Shown in pieces: positions 1 to 10,796 of a stretch of 64,000 bases of DNA. The stretch is taken from positions 29,233 to 93,232 of the forward strand of contig CBIHNP010000009.1 in the NCBI GenBank assembly GCA_966211875.1, given 5' to 3'. Origin of the DNA: an uncultured Bacteriovoracaceae bacterium. GTDB taxonomy: Bacteria; Bdellovibrionota; Bacteriovoracia; Bacteriovoracales; Bacteriovoracaceae. Within the stretch, counting starts at the first letter, position 1; every line of letters starts with the position of its first letter. A program made the position numbers and the translations under genes. The notes below the pieces were generated by a model. That model was not told the DNA's origin and made no database searches. It saw only the letters and a program-made list of their open reading frames with translations.

Positions 1-1
1 G

Positions 2-1357
2 AAACAAGCTTTTGCAGATCTCGCTAAACCGAAACCAGCAACAATCGATCCGGAATTAAATGCAGCTTTCGATCAAATTGAATTGGAAGCAAAACTGAGA
101 GTAGAGGCCCAAACTCAGGCGGCCAAGGCTATTCCGACAACGACAGCTACAACAACGAAAGCTCCGGAAGTTCATTTATCAAAAGCTGAAACAACTCCAG
201 CGACAACAGCAACTCCGTCGCGAAATATTCTGGAAGAAAGAACTGCGAGCGCTCAAACTCCGACTTACGTAAATTCGTATGGTGTAGCGAAAGCGGATTT
301 GCAAACAGGCAGAGTTGTAAAAGTAAAAGTGAACACGATAGATGGAGTGAAAGAAGTTGAAGGAGAAATCATCAACGGAACACATATTGATCCTGTTTCA
401 GGCATGCCTAGAGTACAAGTGAAATATGCAGACGGCGTGATTACTGAAAAAGGAAATGTCCTGCAGGGAAAACCAAATTATCAAATTGCGAACGCTGATA
501 TCGATACAATTGAAGGCGTGAAAAAAGTTGAAGTGAAAGCTGTTGCTGAAGTAGGGCCTGTTGCTAAAAAACCTTTGGATCGTACAGCTCGTAAACCAGG
601 TGCAGATGCGGTTGATCCTGATTCCTATTCTGGGAATGCATTCAGAAAAACAGCTGACACTGAAGCTGCTGACATTTTATTAAAAGAGCACAGAGTGGGG
701 GAAAGATCTCATATTGATAAATTGAAAAAGCAAGTGGATGAAGATACATGGTTCCGTCGTGAAGCGACTTCAAACGACAGAGGTGTAAACGTAGCTTCGC
801 AAATGGGAAAATTTGATGATCCACGTTTCAATCCAAAAATCTATTATGCAACTCAGGCAGAAGAATACAATTCAGCAATAACTTCAGCGAGCAAGTTTTC
901 GACAAACGGAACATCGAGAGAGGCGGCAGAGTTGAGCTTTAAAGGTCGCATCGATTACGACAGCGCAGGTAATCCGATCAGAAGAGGTTCTGCGAGAGAT
1001 AAAATTAAAGAAACGATGACAAAGAAAGGTGCAACAGAAGCGCAAGTGAAAGAAATGGAAGCCTGGATGAATCGTTACGATGAAACGATTCCAAGAAAAA
1101 ATAATATTGATAAAGCGACAGCTGCTCAGCAGTCGTTTGAAAAATTAAAACCTAAACTGGAAAGTGCATTGAATGGAAGTGCGACTCAACCAATGGGGAA
1201 ATCGACTTTCGAAGAAATGTCACAACATCTGAACGATATGATGTTGAATCCTGAACAAAGAGAAGCGGCAGAAGTCGCTCTTAGAAAAATTAAATGTGCG
1301 AGACCGGAATGGGGAATTGGCGACAAATTCCGCGGTTTCAGTCTGAAGTGTGATTAA
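2..1357 (+). CDS. hypothetical protein, 5'-truncated by the window edge
   Basis: The frame of ORF 83..1357 stays open back to nt 2, so the gene starts upstream of the window. Thr/Ala-rich N-part and Lys/Glu-rich C-part. No family motif recognised. Confidence 0.55.
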   Translation, partial: KQAFADLAKPKPATIDPELNAAFDQIELEAKLRVEAQTQAAKAIPTTTATTTKAPEVHLSKAETTPATTATPSRNILEERTASAQTPTYVNSYGVAKADLQTGRVVKVKVNTIDGVKEVEGEIINGTHIDPVSGMPRVQVKYADGVITEKGNVLQGKPNYQIANADIDTIEGVKKVEVKAVAEVGPVAKKPLDRTARKPGADAVDPDSYSGNAFRKTADTEAADILLKEHRVGERSHIDKLKKQVDEDTWFRREATSNDRGVNVASQMGKFDDPRFNPKIYYATQAEEYNSAITSASKFSTNGTSREAAELSFKGRIDYDSAGNPIRRGSARDKIKETMTKKGATEAQVKEMEAWMNRYDETIPRKNNIDKATAAQQSFEKLKPKLESALNGSATQPMGKSTFEEMSQHLNDMMLNPEQREAAEVALRKIKCARPEWGIGDKFRGFSLKCD

Positions 1358-1359
1358 GC

Positions 1360-1818
1360 TTAGCCGCGAATAAAATCTTCGAGGATAATCGTTGCGGCCA
1401 CACAATCGATCATCGTCATATCAATTTTAAAATTAAACTGAGGAGAGTTCATCATTCTTTCCTCAGCCGCTTTTGTTGTGAGTGTTTCGTCTTGTTCGAA
1501 AAATTCGAGCGTCGGAAAATTCTGGCGAACGAGTTCACCGAAATTTCTTATGAGTTTTGTGGTCTCACTTTCTTTTCCATCCAGAAAATAGGGAACACCC
1601 AAAACGAGAATATCGACACCCTCATCATCGACAATTTTTTTGAGTGCGGTGATTGTGTCGGCTTGAGATTTGAAGATAATTTTTTCTGCGATGTAGGGAA
1701 AAGGGTCTCGGCCTGGACAAAAAAGGGCCGTGCCTGTGACTTTAAAACCGAAATCGATGGCCAGAATAGTTTTGCCCTCGAAGGTCTTAAAGCGCTTATA
1801 TGTTGAGAAATCTAGCAT
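1360..1818 (-). CDS. ruvX: Holliday-junction resolvase-like / pre-16S rRNA nuclease (YqgF/RuvX family)
   Basis: 152 aa. N-terminal ILAIDFG..GTA motif, with length and layout typical of the YqgF RNase H-like family. Confidence 0.8.
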   Translation of the reverse strand: MLDFSTYKRFKTFEGKTILAIDFGFKVTGTALFCPGRDPFPYIAEKIIFKSQADTITALKKIVDDEGVDILVLGVPYFLDGKESETTKLIRNFGELVRQNFPTLEFFEQDETLTTKAAEERMMNSPQFNFKIDMTMIDCVAATIILEDFIRG

Positions 1819-2044
1819 ATAGAGGGCTTATAGCGCAGAAAAAGAGGCGACACAAGACGTAAATTGAGGCTTATTTCTTGACAGAAACAGGTCTGAGGTT
1901 AATATAGAAGTATCTAAAAACGTTCCCCACCATTCGCCGAAAATAATCATTAAAAAGAGGTTTCAACAAATTCGGTATTTTTTCCTTTAGTTCCCAATTT
2001 TAATTTCAAAATATTTTTTTACACGCAACAGGAGTACTCATCAA

Positions 2045-3292
2045 ATGCATCTCAACGATCTCAGAGAAAAAGACATCGCCGAACTCACACAAATGGCCGA
2101 AGAAATTCAAATTGAGAACCCGAGTAATTTAAAAAAACACGAGCTCATTTTTGCCATTCTAAAAGCAACCGCTAAAGAGGATAAAGGAATTTACGGTAAC
2201 GGTGTTCTAGAGATTCTTCCAGATGGTTTCGGATTCCTAAGATCTCCACTCTATAACTACCTTCCTGGTGCCGATGATATTTACGTATCGCCATCACAAA
2301 TTAGAAAATTCGGTCTTCGTAAAGGGGACTCTGTAGAAGGCGAAATCAGACCACCAAAAGAAGGTGAAAGATATTTCGCTCTTGTTAAAGTAAACGAAAT
2401 CAACGGGCAGTCTCCTGAAAAACACAAGAAGACAGTTCTCTTCGATAACTTAACTCCGTTGTACCCAGAGAAAAAAATCAATCTTGAATACCACCCGACA
2501 AACTACTCAACTCGTTTGATCGATTTGTTTGTCCCACAAGGGTTCGGACAACGTTGTCTCATCGTAGCTCCACCAAAAGCTGGTAAGACAGTTCTTCTTC
2601 AAGATATCGCAAATGCTATTACAACAAATCATCCAGATGCAGTTCTGATCGTTCTTCTCATCGATGAGCGTCCAGAGGAAGTAACTGACATGAGAAGAAA
2701 CGTTAAAGCTGAAGTTGTTTCTTCGACATTCGATGAACCTGCTTCTCGCCACGTTCAAGTTGCAGAGATGGTTATCGAAAAAGCAAAACGTCTTACTGAA
2801 GCAGGAAAAGACGTTATTATTCTTCTCGACTCAATCACTCGTCTTGCTCGCGCCTACAACACAGTTGTTCCGCCATCAGGAAAAATTCTTTCGGGTGGGG
2901 TTGACTCAAACGCTCTTCACAAACCAAAAAGATTCTTCGGATCTGCTCGTAACATCGAAGGTGGTGGATCTCTTACAATCATCGCTACTTCTCTTATCGA
3001 TACAGGTTCAAGAATGGATGAAGTTATCTTTGAAGAATTCAAAGGTACTGGTAACTCGGAAATTCAACTCGACAGAAAACTTCTTGAGAAGAGAATTTTC
3101 CCTGCTCTTGATATCAACAAGTCTTCAACTCGTAAGGAAGATCTTCTTATGGCACCAGGCGATCTTCAACGTTCGTACTTGTTAAGAAAAGTTCTTCACG
3201 CGATGGCACCAATCGATGCTATGGAATTCGTTCTTTCTAAAGTTACGAAAACTAAATCGAATGCTGACTTCCTGGATTCAATGAATTCTTAG
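2045..3292 (+). CDS. rho: transcription termination factor Rho
   Basis: 415 aa. GFGFLR RNA-binding segment, Walker [19 protein letters not shown]. Long 5' leader (1819-2044) as usual for rho. Confidence 0.97.
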   Translation: MHLNDLREKDIAELTQMAEEIQIENPSNLKKHELIFAILKATAKEDKGIYGNGVLEILPDGFGFLRSPLYNYLPGADDIYVSPSQIRKFGLRKGDSVEGEIRPPKEGERYFALVKVNEINGQSPEKHKKTVLFDNLTPLYPEKKINLEYHPTNYSTRLIDLFVPQGFGQRCLIVAPPKAGKTVLLQDIANAITTNHPDAVLIVLLIDERPEEVTDMRRNVKAEVVSSTFDEPASRHVQVAEMVIEKAKRLTEAGKDVIILLDSITRLARAYNTVVPPSGKILSGGVDSNALHKPKRFFGSARNIEGGGSLTIIATSLIDTGSRMDEVIFEEFKGTGNSEIQLDRKLLEKRIFPALDINKSSTRKEDLLMAPGDLQRSYLLRKVLHAMAPIDAMEFVLSKVTKTKSNADFLDSMNS

Positions 3293-3306
3293 GCGAACTC
3301 ATAATT

Positions 3307-4437
3307 ATGAAAAAATCTTTGATGAATAAACTCATTCTACTCATTTCAAAACAATATGCTTCGATTGGCGGCCAGGCCGTCATCGAAGGTGTAATGATGA
3401 GATCGCCTAACGCCTTCGTCGTGGCCGTAAGAAAGCCAGATGGATCAATTCGCTTAAGACGCGATCAATGGTTTGGTCTCTCTCAGAAACTTTCTTTTTT
3501 AAAGAGACCCCTTCTTCGCGGAGTTCTCGTTCTTATTGAGACGATGGCCAACGGAGTTGTTTCTCTTAACTATTCTGCAAACATTGCAATGGATGAAGAG
3601 AACAAAAAAGAAGCTCTTAAGAAAGGAATGAGTGAAGCGGAATACGAAAAAGCAAAAAAATCAAAAGAGAAAGTCGGGTTTGAAACTTTTATTTCAATCG
3701 CTTTTTCTTTCGCTTTCGGTATCGGTCTTTTCGTTTTCCTTCCACACGCACTCACTGCTGTTATTGAAAAACTCAGCGGAGCGAAGTGGGACCTTCAAAG
3801 CTGGCAGTTCCATGCGATCGATGGATCAATCAAAGCATGTATCTTTCTTGCCTATATTTATTTGATCAGTTTTCTTCCTGACATTAAAAAAGTTTTCCAA
3901 TACCACGGAGCTGAACATAAATCGATTTCGACATTTGAAGCGGGAGAAGAACTCACGATTGAAAATGCGAAAAAATATCCTACGTTTCACCCTCGTTGTG
4001 GAACAACTTTTATTTTCTTTTTGATGTTCGTTTCGATCATTCTCTTCGCAGTTATTTTTGCTCTTGTTCCGATTGGAACTCATTCACCGACGGTCCTTAA
4101 GCACGTCTATGCGATGTTGTTTAAAGTGGCCCTCACACTTCCTATCGCTGGTATTTCTTACGAGCTTATTAAGTTCGTTGGAAAAGATCCGAATTCGACA
4201 GTGGGTGCGATCATGAGTTATCCGGGAAAACTTCTTCAGCAATTGACGACGAGAGAACCGGAAGATCACCAATTGGAAATCGCTCTTGCTTCAATCAAAG
4301 CAGTGCTTTTCTTAGAAGAAAAATACAACTTAAAAACAGCGACAGAAAAGACGATTACAGTTGATGAAATCGATTTCAAAAATCTCGCTGATATTGAAAA
4401 CAGTAATTTTAAACTTAAAGATTTTTTAGAAGGCTAA
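3307..4437 (+). CDS. DUF1385 (YqhQ-like) membrane protein
   Basis: GGQAVIEGVMMRSP signature and several hydrophobic helices. Sits in the conserved position upstream of prfA-prmC. Confidence 0.8.
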   Translation: MKKSLMNKLILLISKQYASIGGQAVIEGVMMRSPNAFVVAVRKPDGSIRLRRDQWFGLSQKLSFLKRPLLRGVLVLIETMANGVVSLNYSANIAMDEENKKEALKKGMSEAEYEKAKKSKEKVGFETFISIAFSFAFGIGLFVFLPHALTAVIEKLSGAKWDLQSWQFHAIDGSIKACIFLAYIYLISFLPDIKKVFQYHGAEHKSISTFEAGEELTIENAKKYPTFHPRCGTTFIFFLMFVSIILFAVIFALVPIGTHSPTVLKHVYAMLFKVALTLPIAGISYELIKFVGKDPNSTVGAIMSYPGKLLQQLTTREPEDHQLEIALASIKAVLFLEEKYNLKTATEKTITVDEIDFKNLADIENSNFKLKDFLEG

Positions 4438-4444
4438 TACTCCC

Positions 4445-5518
4445 ATGTCGATGTTTGATAAATTAGAAAACGTAGTTAATCGTTACGAGCAACTTACTGA
4501 GAAACTTGCTGACCCAACAATCTATGATCGCCAGAAAGAGTTCAGAGAAATTTCTTCTGAGCGTGCAAACATTGAAGAAGTTGTTATTGCCTATAGAGAA
4601 TACAAAAAAATGAAGGCCGATCTCGAAGGCTCTAAAGAAATTCTTCGCAACGAAAAAGACGAAGACCTTCGCGAAATGGCGAAAATGGAGCTTTCAGAAT
4701 TAGAAGCGCAAGTTGGGCCGATGGAAGAAAAACTAAAGGTTCTTCTTCTGCCAAAAGATCCTCTTGATGACCGCAACGTTATCATGGAAATGCGCGCTGG
4801 TGCCGGTGGAGATGAAGCTTCGATTTTCGTAGCTGATATGTTCCGTCTTTACCAAAACTATTTCCGTCACCTTGGATATAAAATTGAAGTTGATTCAATG
4901 TCAGAAGGAGATCAGGGATTAAAAGAAATTATTTTCACTGTTACAGGTGATAAAGTTTATTCAAAACTAAAATGGGAAGCGGGAGTTCACCGCGTACAAC
5001 GTGTTCCAAAAACAGAAACAATGGGACGCGTACATACTTCAACAATCACAATCGCTGTAATGCCGGAAGTTGATGAAGTTGAATTCGAACTCAACCCTAA
5101 CGATCTTCGTATCGACGTTTATCGCTCAGGTGGATCGGGTGGTCAGTCGGTAAACACGACGGACTCTGCAGTTCGTATCACACACATTCCAACAGGGATG
5201 TCGGTAGCTAACCAGGATCAGAAATCGCAGTTAAAAAACAAAGAAAAAGCGATGAAGATTCTTCGTTCGAGAATTTACGAACAAATGGTTAAAGCGCAAA
5301 AAGATGAAATCGATTCTGAACGCCGCGGACAAATTGGTGAAGGGGATCGTTCAGAAAAAATCAGAACATACAATTACCCTCAAAACAGAATTTCTGACCA
5401 CAGAATTGGTTTGACTGTTCACAACCTTGAAGGTGTTATGAACGGTGATTTAGGCGACATCACAGACGCTCTCATCGCACACCACCAGGCTGAACTGATG
5501 AAGGGTCAAGAGGAATAA
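4445..5518 (+). CDS. prfA: peptide chain release factor 1
   Basis: GGQ motif (SGGSGGQSVNTTDSAVRITHIPTG) and RF1-type P-x-T tripeptide (RVQRVPKTE). Confidence 0.97.
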   Translation: MSMFDKLENVVNRYEQLTEKLADPTIYDRQKEFREISSERANIEEVVIAYREYKKMKADLEGSKEILRNEKDEDLREMAKMELSELEAQVGPMEEKLKVLLLPKDPLDDRNVIMEMRAGAGGDEASIFVADMFRLYQNYFRHLGYKIEVDSMSEGDQGLKEIIFTVTGDKVYSKLKWEAGVHRVQRVPKTETMGRVHTSTITIAVMPEVDEVEFELNPNDLRIDVYRSGGSGGQSVNTTDSAVRITHIPTGMSVANQDQKSQLKNKEKAMKILRSRIYEQMVKAQKDEIDSERRGQIGEGDRSEKIRTYNYPQNRISDHRIGLTVHNLEGVMNGDLGDITDALIAHHQAELMKGQEE

Positions 5519-5559
5519 GAAGAGGAATAAAGAAGAGAAATAAAGAGAGGGGAAAAACG

Positions 5560-6453
5560 GTGACTATCAAGAGTCTAGGAGAGCATTTAAAGGGATTTTT
5601 TGAAGAAGAAAAAAAAGCGCTTCTCTCTAATTACCCAGGTCTTACTCTTCACCGTTTAAAAACCGATATCAAGTTGCACGCTTTCTTAAATGGCGTGGAC
5701 TCAGAAGAACTTTTTGAGTTTCCTTATCTTCCTCACAGAAGTAATCCGATCACATTATTTTTTGAAAAATTAAAAGAGGGCGTGCCTCTCGAGTACATCA
5801 CTGGATACGCTTATTTTTATCGTTCACTTTTCAAAGTGACCTCTGATGTTTTAATCCCACGTAGTGAAACAGAAATTCTTGTTGAACTCGCGGGCCAAGA
5901 GATTCAAAAAAACTATCGCAACAAACGCTGCCGGGTAATCGATGTCGGAACAGGGTCAGGCGTAATCGCTTTGACGCTCATGATGGAAGACTTTGCAGAG
6001 CTCGATGTAATGGCGACAGATATATCTGATAAGGCCTTAGTACTGGCGAAAGAAAACTTTTTTAATCTACGCTTCGCTATTTCTGCCAAGCACAATATTA
6101 CTTTTCAAAAATCGGATCGCCTTCAAAACGTTGAGGGTCATTTTGATATGATTCTTTCCAATCCGCCCTATATCAAAAGACGTTCGGATGCGGATTCCGT
6201 TCATCATCAAGTACTTAGTTATGAACCTGCCATGGCACTCTTTTTGGATGATGACGTCTATGATCTTTGGTTTGAAGATTTTTTCAGAAGCATTTACAGG
6301 AAGCTCAACGATACGGGCATGTGTTTAATGGAAGGTCACGAAAACCATCTCGAACATTTAAAGGAAATGGCCCATGCAATAGGATTTGCAAAAGCCGAAA
6401 TCATTAAAGATTATACCAACAGAAATCGCTTTTTAAGATTAAAGAAATTATAA
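5560..6453 (+). CDS. prmC: release-factor glutamine N5-methyltransferase
   Basis: SAM motif VIDVGTGSG and NPPY catalytic motif (SNPPYI). GTG start. Lies downstream of prfA. Confidence 0.9.
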   Translation: MTIKSLGEHLKGFFEEEKKALLSNYPGLTLHRLKTDIKLHAFLNGVDSEELFEFPYLPHRSNPITLFFEKLKEGVPLEYITGYAYFYRSLFKVTSDVLIPRSETEILVELAGQEIQKNYRNKRCRVIDVGTGSGVIALTLMMEDFAELDVMATDISDKALVLAKENFFNLRFAISAKHNITFQKSDRLQNVEGHFDMILSNPPYIKRRSDADSVHHQVLSYEPAMALFLDDDVYDLWFEDFFRSIYRKLNDTGMCLMEGHENHLEHLKEMAHAIGFAKAEIIKDYTNRNRFLRLKKL

Positions 6454-6479
6454 GCCAAACATAAGCAAGGATAAGCAAA

Positions 6480-7730
6480 ATGGATAAATTAATTATTAGC
6501 GGCCCATGCACTCTTTCTGGAACAGTTCGTATCTCTCGTGCGAAAAACGCTTATCTTCCGATTCTCGCTGCTGTTTTACTTTCAGATAAACCAATCCATT
6601 TAAAAAATATTCCTGAACTTCAGGACATTAAAACGATGATTAAACTTCTCTCGAATATGGGAGTTCAAGTTACAAAAAACGGAAACGTGACAACGTTTGA
6701 TGCTTCAACATTAAACTCTCACGAAGCGACTTATGATCTCGTTAAAACAATGAGAGCGAGTATCTTCGTTCTCGGACCTTTGCTTGCTCGTCTTGGGAAA
6801 GCAAAAGTTTCTCTTCCTGGTGGATGTGCTATCGGAACTCGTCCGATCGATCTTCACTTAACAAACTTAGAAAAGCTCGGATGTGAAATTACGTTGAATG
6901 CAGGATACGTTGAAGCGCATGTAACAAAAATGCAGCCGACAAATTTACGTTTAGATTTCCCTTCTGTTGGTGCTACTGAAAACTTAATCATGGCCGCTGT
7001 TTTCGCTGAAGGAACAACGACAATTGAAAACGCAGCTCTTGAACCGGAGATCGACGATCTTGCTCACTTCTTAAACGCAATGGGCGCGAACATCAAAGGT
7101 ATTGGAACTCAGAAAATCGAAATTACAGGAGTGAAGAGCTTTAAAGAAGTAACATATGAAGCGATCGGAGATCGCATTGAAGCTTCAACATATTTAATGG
7201 CCGCTCTCGCGACTCATTCAAATATTACAATCGAAGGTGTTGTTCCTCGCCATCTTCAATTTGTTATCGATGTTTTAAGAAAAATGGGAGCCAACATCGA
7301 AACAACTGATGATAAAATTATCGTGTACAAAAGTGATCTTAAAGGATGTCAGGTGGACACAGCTCCATTCCCAGGATTCCCAACAGATGCTCAAGCGCAA
7401 CTCATTGCTCTATGTACGCAAGTTAAAGGCATTTCAGTTATCACTGAAAATATTTTTGAAAACCGTTTCATGCACGTTCCAGAGCTTGTTCGCCTTGGAG
7501 CAGATATCACGTTAAGAGGGAAAATCGCCGTAATTGAAGGTGGAAATCCACTGACAGCAGCTCCAATCATGTGTACGGATTTAAGAGCGTCTGCCGCCCT
7601 TATTATCGCAGCTCTTGCGACGAAAGGAGAGACGGAACTTCAACGCGTTTACCACTTGGATCGCGGTTACGAAAAGCTGGAAGAAAAATTCTCTCAATTG
7701 GGAGCTAAGATTAAACGAGTGAAGGAATAA
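6480..7730 (+). CDS. murA: UDP-N-acetylglucosamine 1-carboxyvinyltransferase
   Basis: 416 aa. Active-site loop LPGGCAIGTRPIDLH and EPSP-synthase-fold length. Confidence 0.97.
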   Translation: MDKLIISGPCTLSGTVRISRAKNAYLPILAAVLLSDKPIHLKNIPELQDIKTMIKLLSNMGVQVTKNGNVTTFDASTLNSHEATYDLVKTMRASIFVLGPLLARLGKAKVSLPGGCAIGTRPIDLHLTNLEKLGCEITLNAGYVEAHVTKMQPTNLRLDFPSVGATENLIMAAVFAEGTTTIENAALEPEIDDLAHFLNAMGANIKGIGTQKIEITGVKSFKEVTYEAIGDRIEASTYLMAALATHSNITIEGVVPRHLQFVIDVLRKMGANIETTDDKIIVYKSDLKGCQVDTAPFPGFPTDAQAQLIALCTQVKGISVITENIFENRFMHVPELVRLGADITLRGKIAVIEGGNPLTAAPIMCTDLRASAALIIAALATKGETELQRVYHLDRGYEKLEEKFSQLGAKIKRVKE

Positions 7731-7731
7731 T

Positions 7732-8079
7732 ATGAGCGACAACTGCTTATTCTGCAAAATTTCTAAAGGAGAAATTCCTTCGAAGAAAATATTTGAAAAC
7801 GAACACGTTTTTGGATTTGAAGACATTCATCCACAAGCAAAAGTGCATCTTTTGTTTGTTCATAAAACACACACAGCTCATATCAATGAAATGAGCAAAG
7901 ACGTTAAGGCCATTGGAGAAATCTTTAAGGCCATCGCTGAATACACACACGATAAACCTCTAAGCACGGAAGGCTTTCGTGTTGTGACTAATCTTGGTCC
8001 TAATGCCGGTCAGACTGTTTTCCATACACATTTCCATGTTGTTGGTGGGGAACCGCTAGGGCATTTCGGTAAACGTTAA
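7732..8079 (+). CDS. HIT-family (histidine triad) nucleotide hydrolase
   Basis: 115 aa. C-terminal histidine triad HTHFHVVGG. The stop of murA is 1 nt upstream. Confidence 0.9.
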   Translation: MSDNCLFCKISKGEIPSKKIFENEHVFGFEDIHPQAKVHLLFVHKTHTAHINEMSKDVKAIGEIFKAIAEYTHDKPLSTEGFRVVTNLGPNAGQTVFHTHFHVVGGEPLGHFGKR

Positions 8080-8174
8080 TTCATTTATGAAATAAATTAA
8101 TTCGGGAAGGTTCGTCTTCTCGAATTTCTTGGATCTTCGTTTTAGAAATCTTCTATTCTTCAAAGGAGATTTCA

Positions 8175-9206
8175 ATGAAACGTCTGTTATTTTGTCTCAC
8201 TCTTCTCAATTTTATTTCTTGTAAAAAAGAAAATGTGACTCTTGGTGAAAAGAGAATGCCTTTTGATCACAAAAGTTATCTGTACGTCTCTCACGAAGAA
8301 GATCAATCTCTCTTAAGACAGAAACTATTAAATATCGCATTGACTGAAAGATTAAAAAAAGAAGACGAATCTAAAATTGAAGCTGGCGATGAATTCAAAA
8401 TGCTGGATGATTCATATTCTCTTGCAGGTAACGACAAAGCTGAATATCAAAAAATGCAAGGCGAGAGTGCTGAAATTATCATTTCATATAAAGACCACCT
8501 TGAATTTTATTTCGTACCTATGGGAATAAAAAAGGAAAATGCTTTAAAACAACTTGGGCTTGAAAAGGAAGTCGGAAACTCTTTATTTTGGGTAAAAGAA
8601 TCACCTGCGATATTAGAGAAAAAACACACATACTATTTAGTAGAAGCCTCTAATGACGAAATCAAAAATAATGACGTAAATTTTTATGAACAAACAATAA
8701 ATTCAGATCAGCTTACTAAATCTTCAATTACTTTTAAGAGTCATCAAATTGTTTTATTAGATTTTGAAATTAATTATTTAACGAAAGAAACAACTATCGC
8801 AGTAAAAAAAGGACCAACGAGATCATGTAAAAGAACAGAGGCCAATGAGTGTGAATGCTTTTATAAGATTGAAAATTTGACAGATGGATTGATTAAAACA
8901 TCATGGAAAAAAGACGACTTGGGACTTTATTTAAAATTAAATAATCAGGATTATCCTTTAAATAGTTTTGATTCATCTCTCTCTGGTGATGGACATTTAA
9001 AACTTAAAATAAATATGAACAACTATGGAGGAAATGATGTCGCAATGACGGTCCTTCCTTGGAGAATTTCTTCAAGGATTAAAGCAGTCGCTCCCTTTGA
9101 TAAAGATTCATCATGCGGAATTTTATCAAATGAAACTTTGGATTTGACTCCCATTATTCGTTCGAATTTGAAACTGACTGTAAAGGGACGATCATTAAAT
9201 TTCTAA
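8175..9206 (+). CDS. hypothetical lipoprotein
   Basis: Signal peptide with lipobox-like LLNFISC. AAGGAG-type SD upstream. No family recognised. Confidence 0.6.
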   Translation: MKRLLFCLTLLNFISCKKENVTLGEKRMPFDHKSYLYVSHEEDQSLLRQKLLNIALTERLKKEDESKIEAGDEFKMLDDSYSLAGNDKAEYQKMQGESAEIIISYKDHLEFYFVPMGIKKENALKQLGLEKEVGNSLFWVKESPAILEKKHTYYLVEASNDEIKNNDVNFYEQTINSDQLTKSSITFKSHQIVLLDFEINYLTKETTIAVKKGPTRSCKRTEANECECFYKIENLTDGLIKTSWKKDDLGLYLKLNNQDYPLNSFDSSLSGDGHLKLKINMNNYGGNDVAMTVLPWRISSRIKAVAPFDKDSSCGILSNETLDLTPIIRSNLKLTVKGRSLNF

Positions 9207-9223
9207 ATACTCTGGAAATAAAA

Positions 9224-9244
9224 AAGGGCCCTCTTCGGGCCCTT
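9224..9244. terminator. bidirectional rho-independent terminator
   Basis: GGGCCC-tcttc-GGGCCC hairpin flanked by an A-run and a T-rich run, between convergent genes. Confidence 0.65.
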
Positions 9245-9250
9245 ATTATT

Positions 9251-10000
9251 TTAGAGGTTCAAACCTTCAAAGAGTGAGTAGAGAAGAGATTTTTGCAGAC
9301 GAGTGAGTTGGTAAACATTCGCCATGATAAGCACCGGACTTTTTTTAATGTTTCCACAAATAACAAGTTGTCCTTTCTCTTTGTTGTAATCAGTGATTTC
9401 GAAAATATTCCCGAATTCTTTTTCGTAACTTTTTAAAACATGTTCATCCATTTCATCACAAGAAGCGAGTTCAGGATAACGTTCACCTTGGACTTTGACT
9501 TTCACTAATTTATTTTTTTCGTTTTCGTTTTTTGACTTAATCATGTCGTTGTAGATGAGCTTTAAATTAGCTGCACCTAGATTTGATTTTAGAATGAACC
9601 AAAGTTCTTCAAAAAATCCTGCGCGATCATTTGGCCAAAGGCCGAGAAGGTGATTGCGAACTTTGAAAATTTCTTCAATCAATGAAACGTTGTTTTGAAG
9701 AATCCAGTTTTCGCGGATCTTATCAAAGATTTTTTTTCCTTCTTCGTAAGAAAGTTTTTCGAAAGATTCAGTCGTCAGTCCAAATTCAGTATGCGAACGA
9801 ATGGGATAAAACTTAACTTCGTTTTCCAGGCCGGCCATGAAGTCTTCGCTTTTTAAATCTTCTGAAAAGATCAGACCTTGAATAGGGTATTGCTTGGCCT
9901 CTGCCAGATCGATAATTTTGCTTGTAGGCGTGCCGTTGGGCGAGAAGCTGCGAACTACACCTTGTTGCATATTCTTTGTGTACAGAAGAGTAAAATCCAT
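9251..10000 (-). CDS. hypothetical cytoplasmic protein
   Basis: 249-aa ORF with normal codon usage, no signal peptide and no motif recognised. Confidence 0.55.
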   Translation of the reverse strand: MDFTLLYTKNMQQGVVRSFSPNGTPTSKIIDLAEAKQYPIQGLIFSEDLKSEDFMAGLENEVKFYPIRSHTEFGLTTESFEKLSYEEGKKIFDKIRENWILQNNVSLIEEIFKVRNHLLGLWPNDRAGFFEELWFILKSNLGAANLKLIYNDMIKSKNENEKNKLVKVKVQGERYPELASCDEMDEHVLKSYEKEFGNIFEITDYNKEKGQLVICGNIKKSPVLIMANVYQLTRLQKSLLYSLFEGLNL

Positions 10001-10133
10001 TTTGGTCCTAGCGTCTAAATCCGAGAGTTTAAGTTAGTTAATAGTAGCTGAATTCTTTTTTTATGGGAATGGTCCTGCTAGGTAAAAATGAGCGGAATTC
10101 GCCTTTTTTTAAAGCTCGTATACACTGAAAACA

Positions 10134-10784
10134 ATGGGTAAATTCTTATTTTTACTTTTAATCGTCTTAGTGCCATGGAGGGCCATGCCCCAGGACGAGC
10201 GCTATTTCCGTCAAATCTTCTCTGGAGAGTTGACCAAAGATGAATTGAAACCCGACGACAAAAAGTATTCTTATTTTCTCCATACACCCTTTTATTCCGT
10301 CGATCTCAACCGCGATAAAAATCCCGAAGAAATTATCTTCGTTAAAAAAGACAGCGAAGACTGGATCGAGATTTTTGAAAATCATGCGGGAGTGAGAAAT
10401 AAAGTTTTCAGTTATCGTTTTGAGACAAAAGGATACGATTCAGAATTATTCAGAATCGAATTTAAAAAACTTTCCGACAGAACATCAGTGATGGTTTTGT
10501 ATTATTACGAAGGAATCAGCAAGTACACGGAGATGCAAAGCACTTCTCGCATTTATCTCGTGACGATCGATAATAATGATCTAAAAACAATGAAGGCCTT
10601 CAAAGGGCCTAGCGTATTTGAAGAACACAAGTCTCTTAAAGGGCATTACCATTTGAGAAACTACCAGGTTTATCTGCAAGATTTAAATAATGATGGCATC
10701 AAAGAAGTCATTGTTAAGTACCGCAACGTCTCACAAGTTTTACTGTATGACGGAGACGGAAAATGGAAAAGCTTCAGACAATAG
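10134..10784 (+). CDS. hypothetical secreted protein
   Basis: 216 aa with N-terminal signal-like MGKFLFLLLIVLVPWRAMP. Confidence 0.55.
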   Translation: MGKFLFLLLIVLVPWRAMPQDERYFRQIFSGELTKDELKPDDKKYSYFLHTPFYSVDLNRDKNPEEIIFVKKDSEDWIEIFENHAGVRNKVFSYRFETKGYDSELFRIEFKKLSDRTSVMVLYYYEGISKYTEMQSTSRIYLVTIDNNDLKTMKAFKGPSVFEEHKSLKGHYHLRNYQVYLQDLNNDGIKEVIVKYRNVSQVLLYDGDGKWKSFRQ

Positions 10785-10796
10785 AGTTCAAATTAA

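Noticed and set aside
2715-3185. 156-aa + strand ORF inside rho, and similar long shadow ORFs (11305-11706, 23785-24198, 42616-43149, 53710-54177, 19283-19609, 21331-21657)
   Set aside because: All lie entirely within well-supported genes, either in alternative frames or antisense. Their composition is low-complexity or atypical, and they have no SD. They are typical shadow ORFs.
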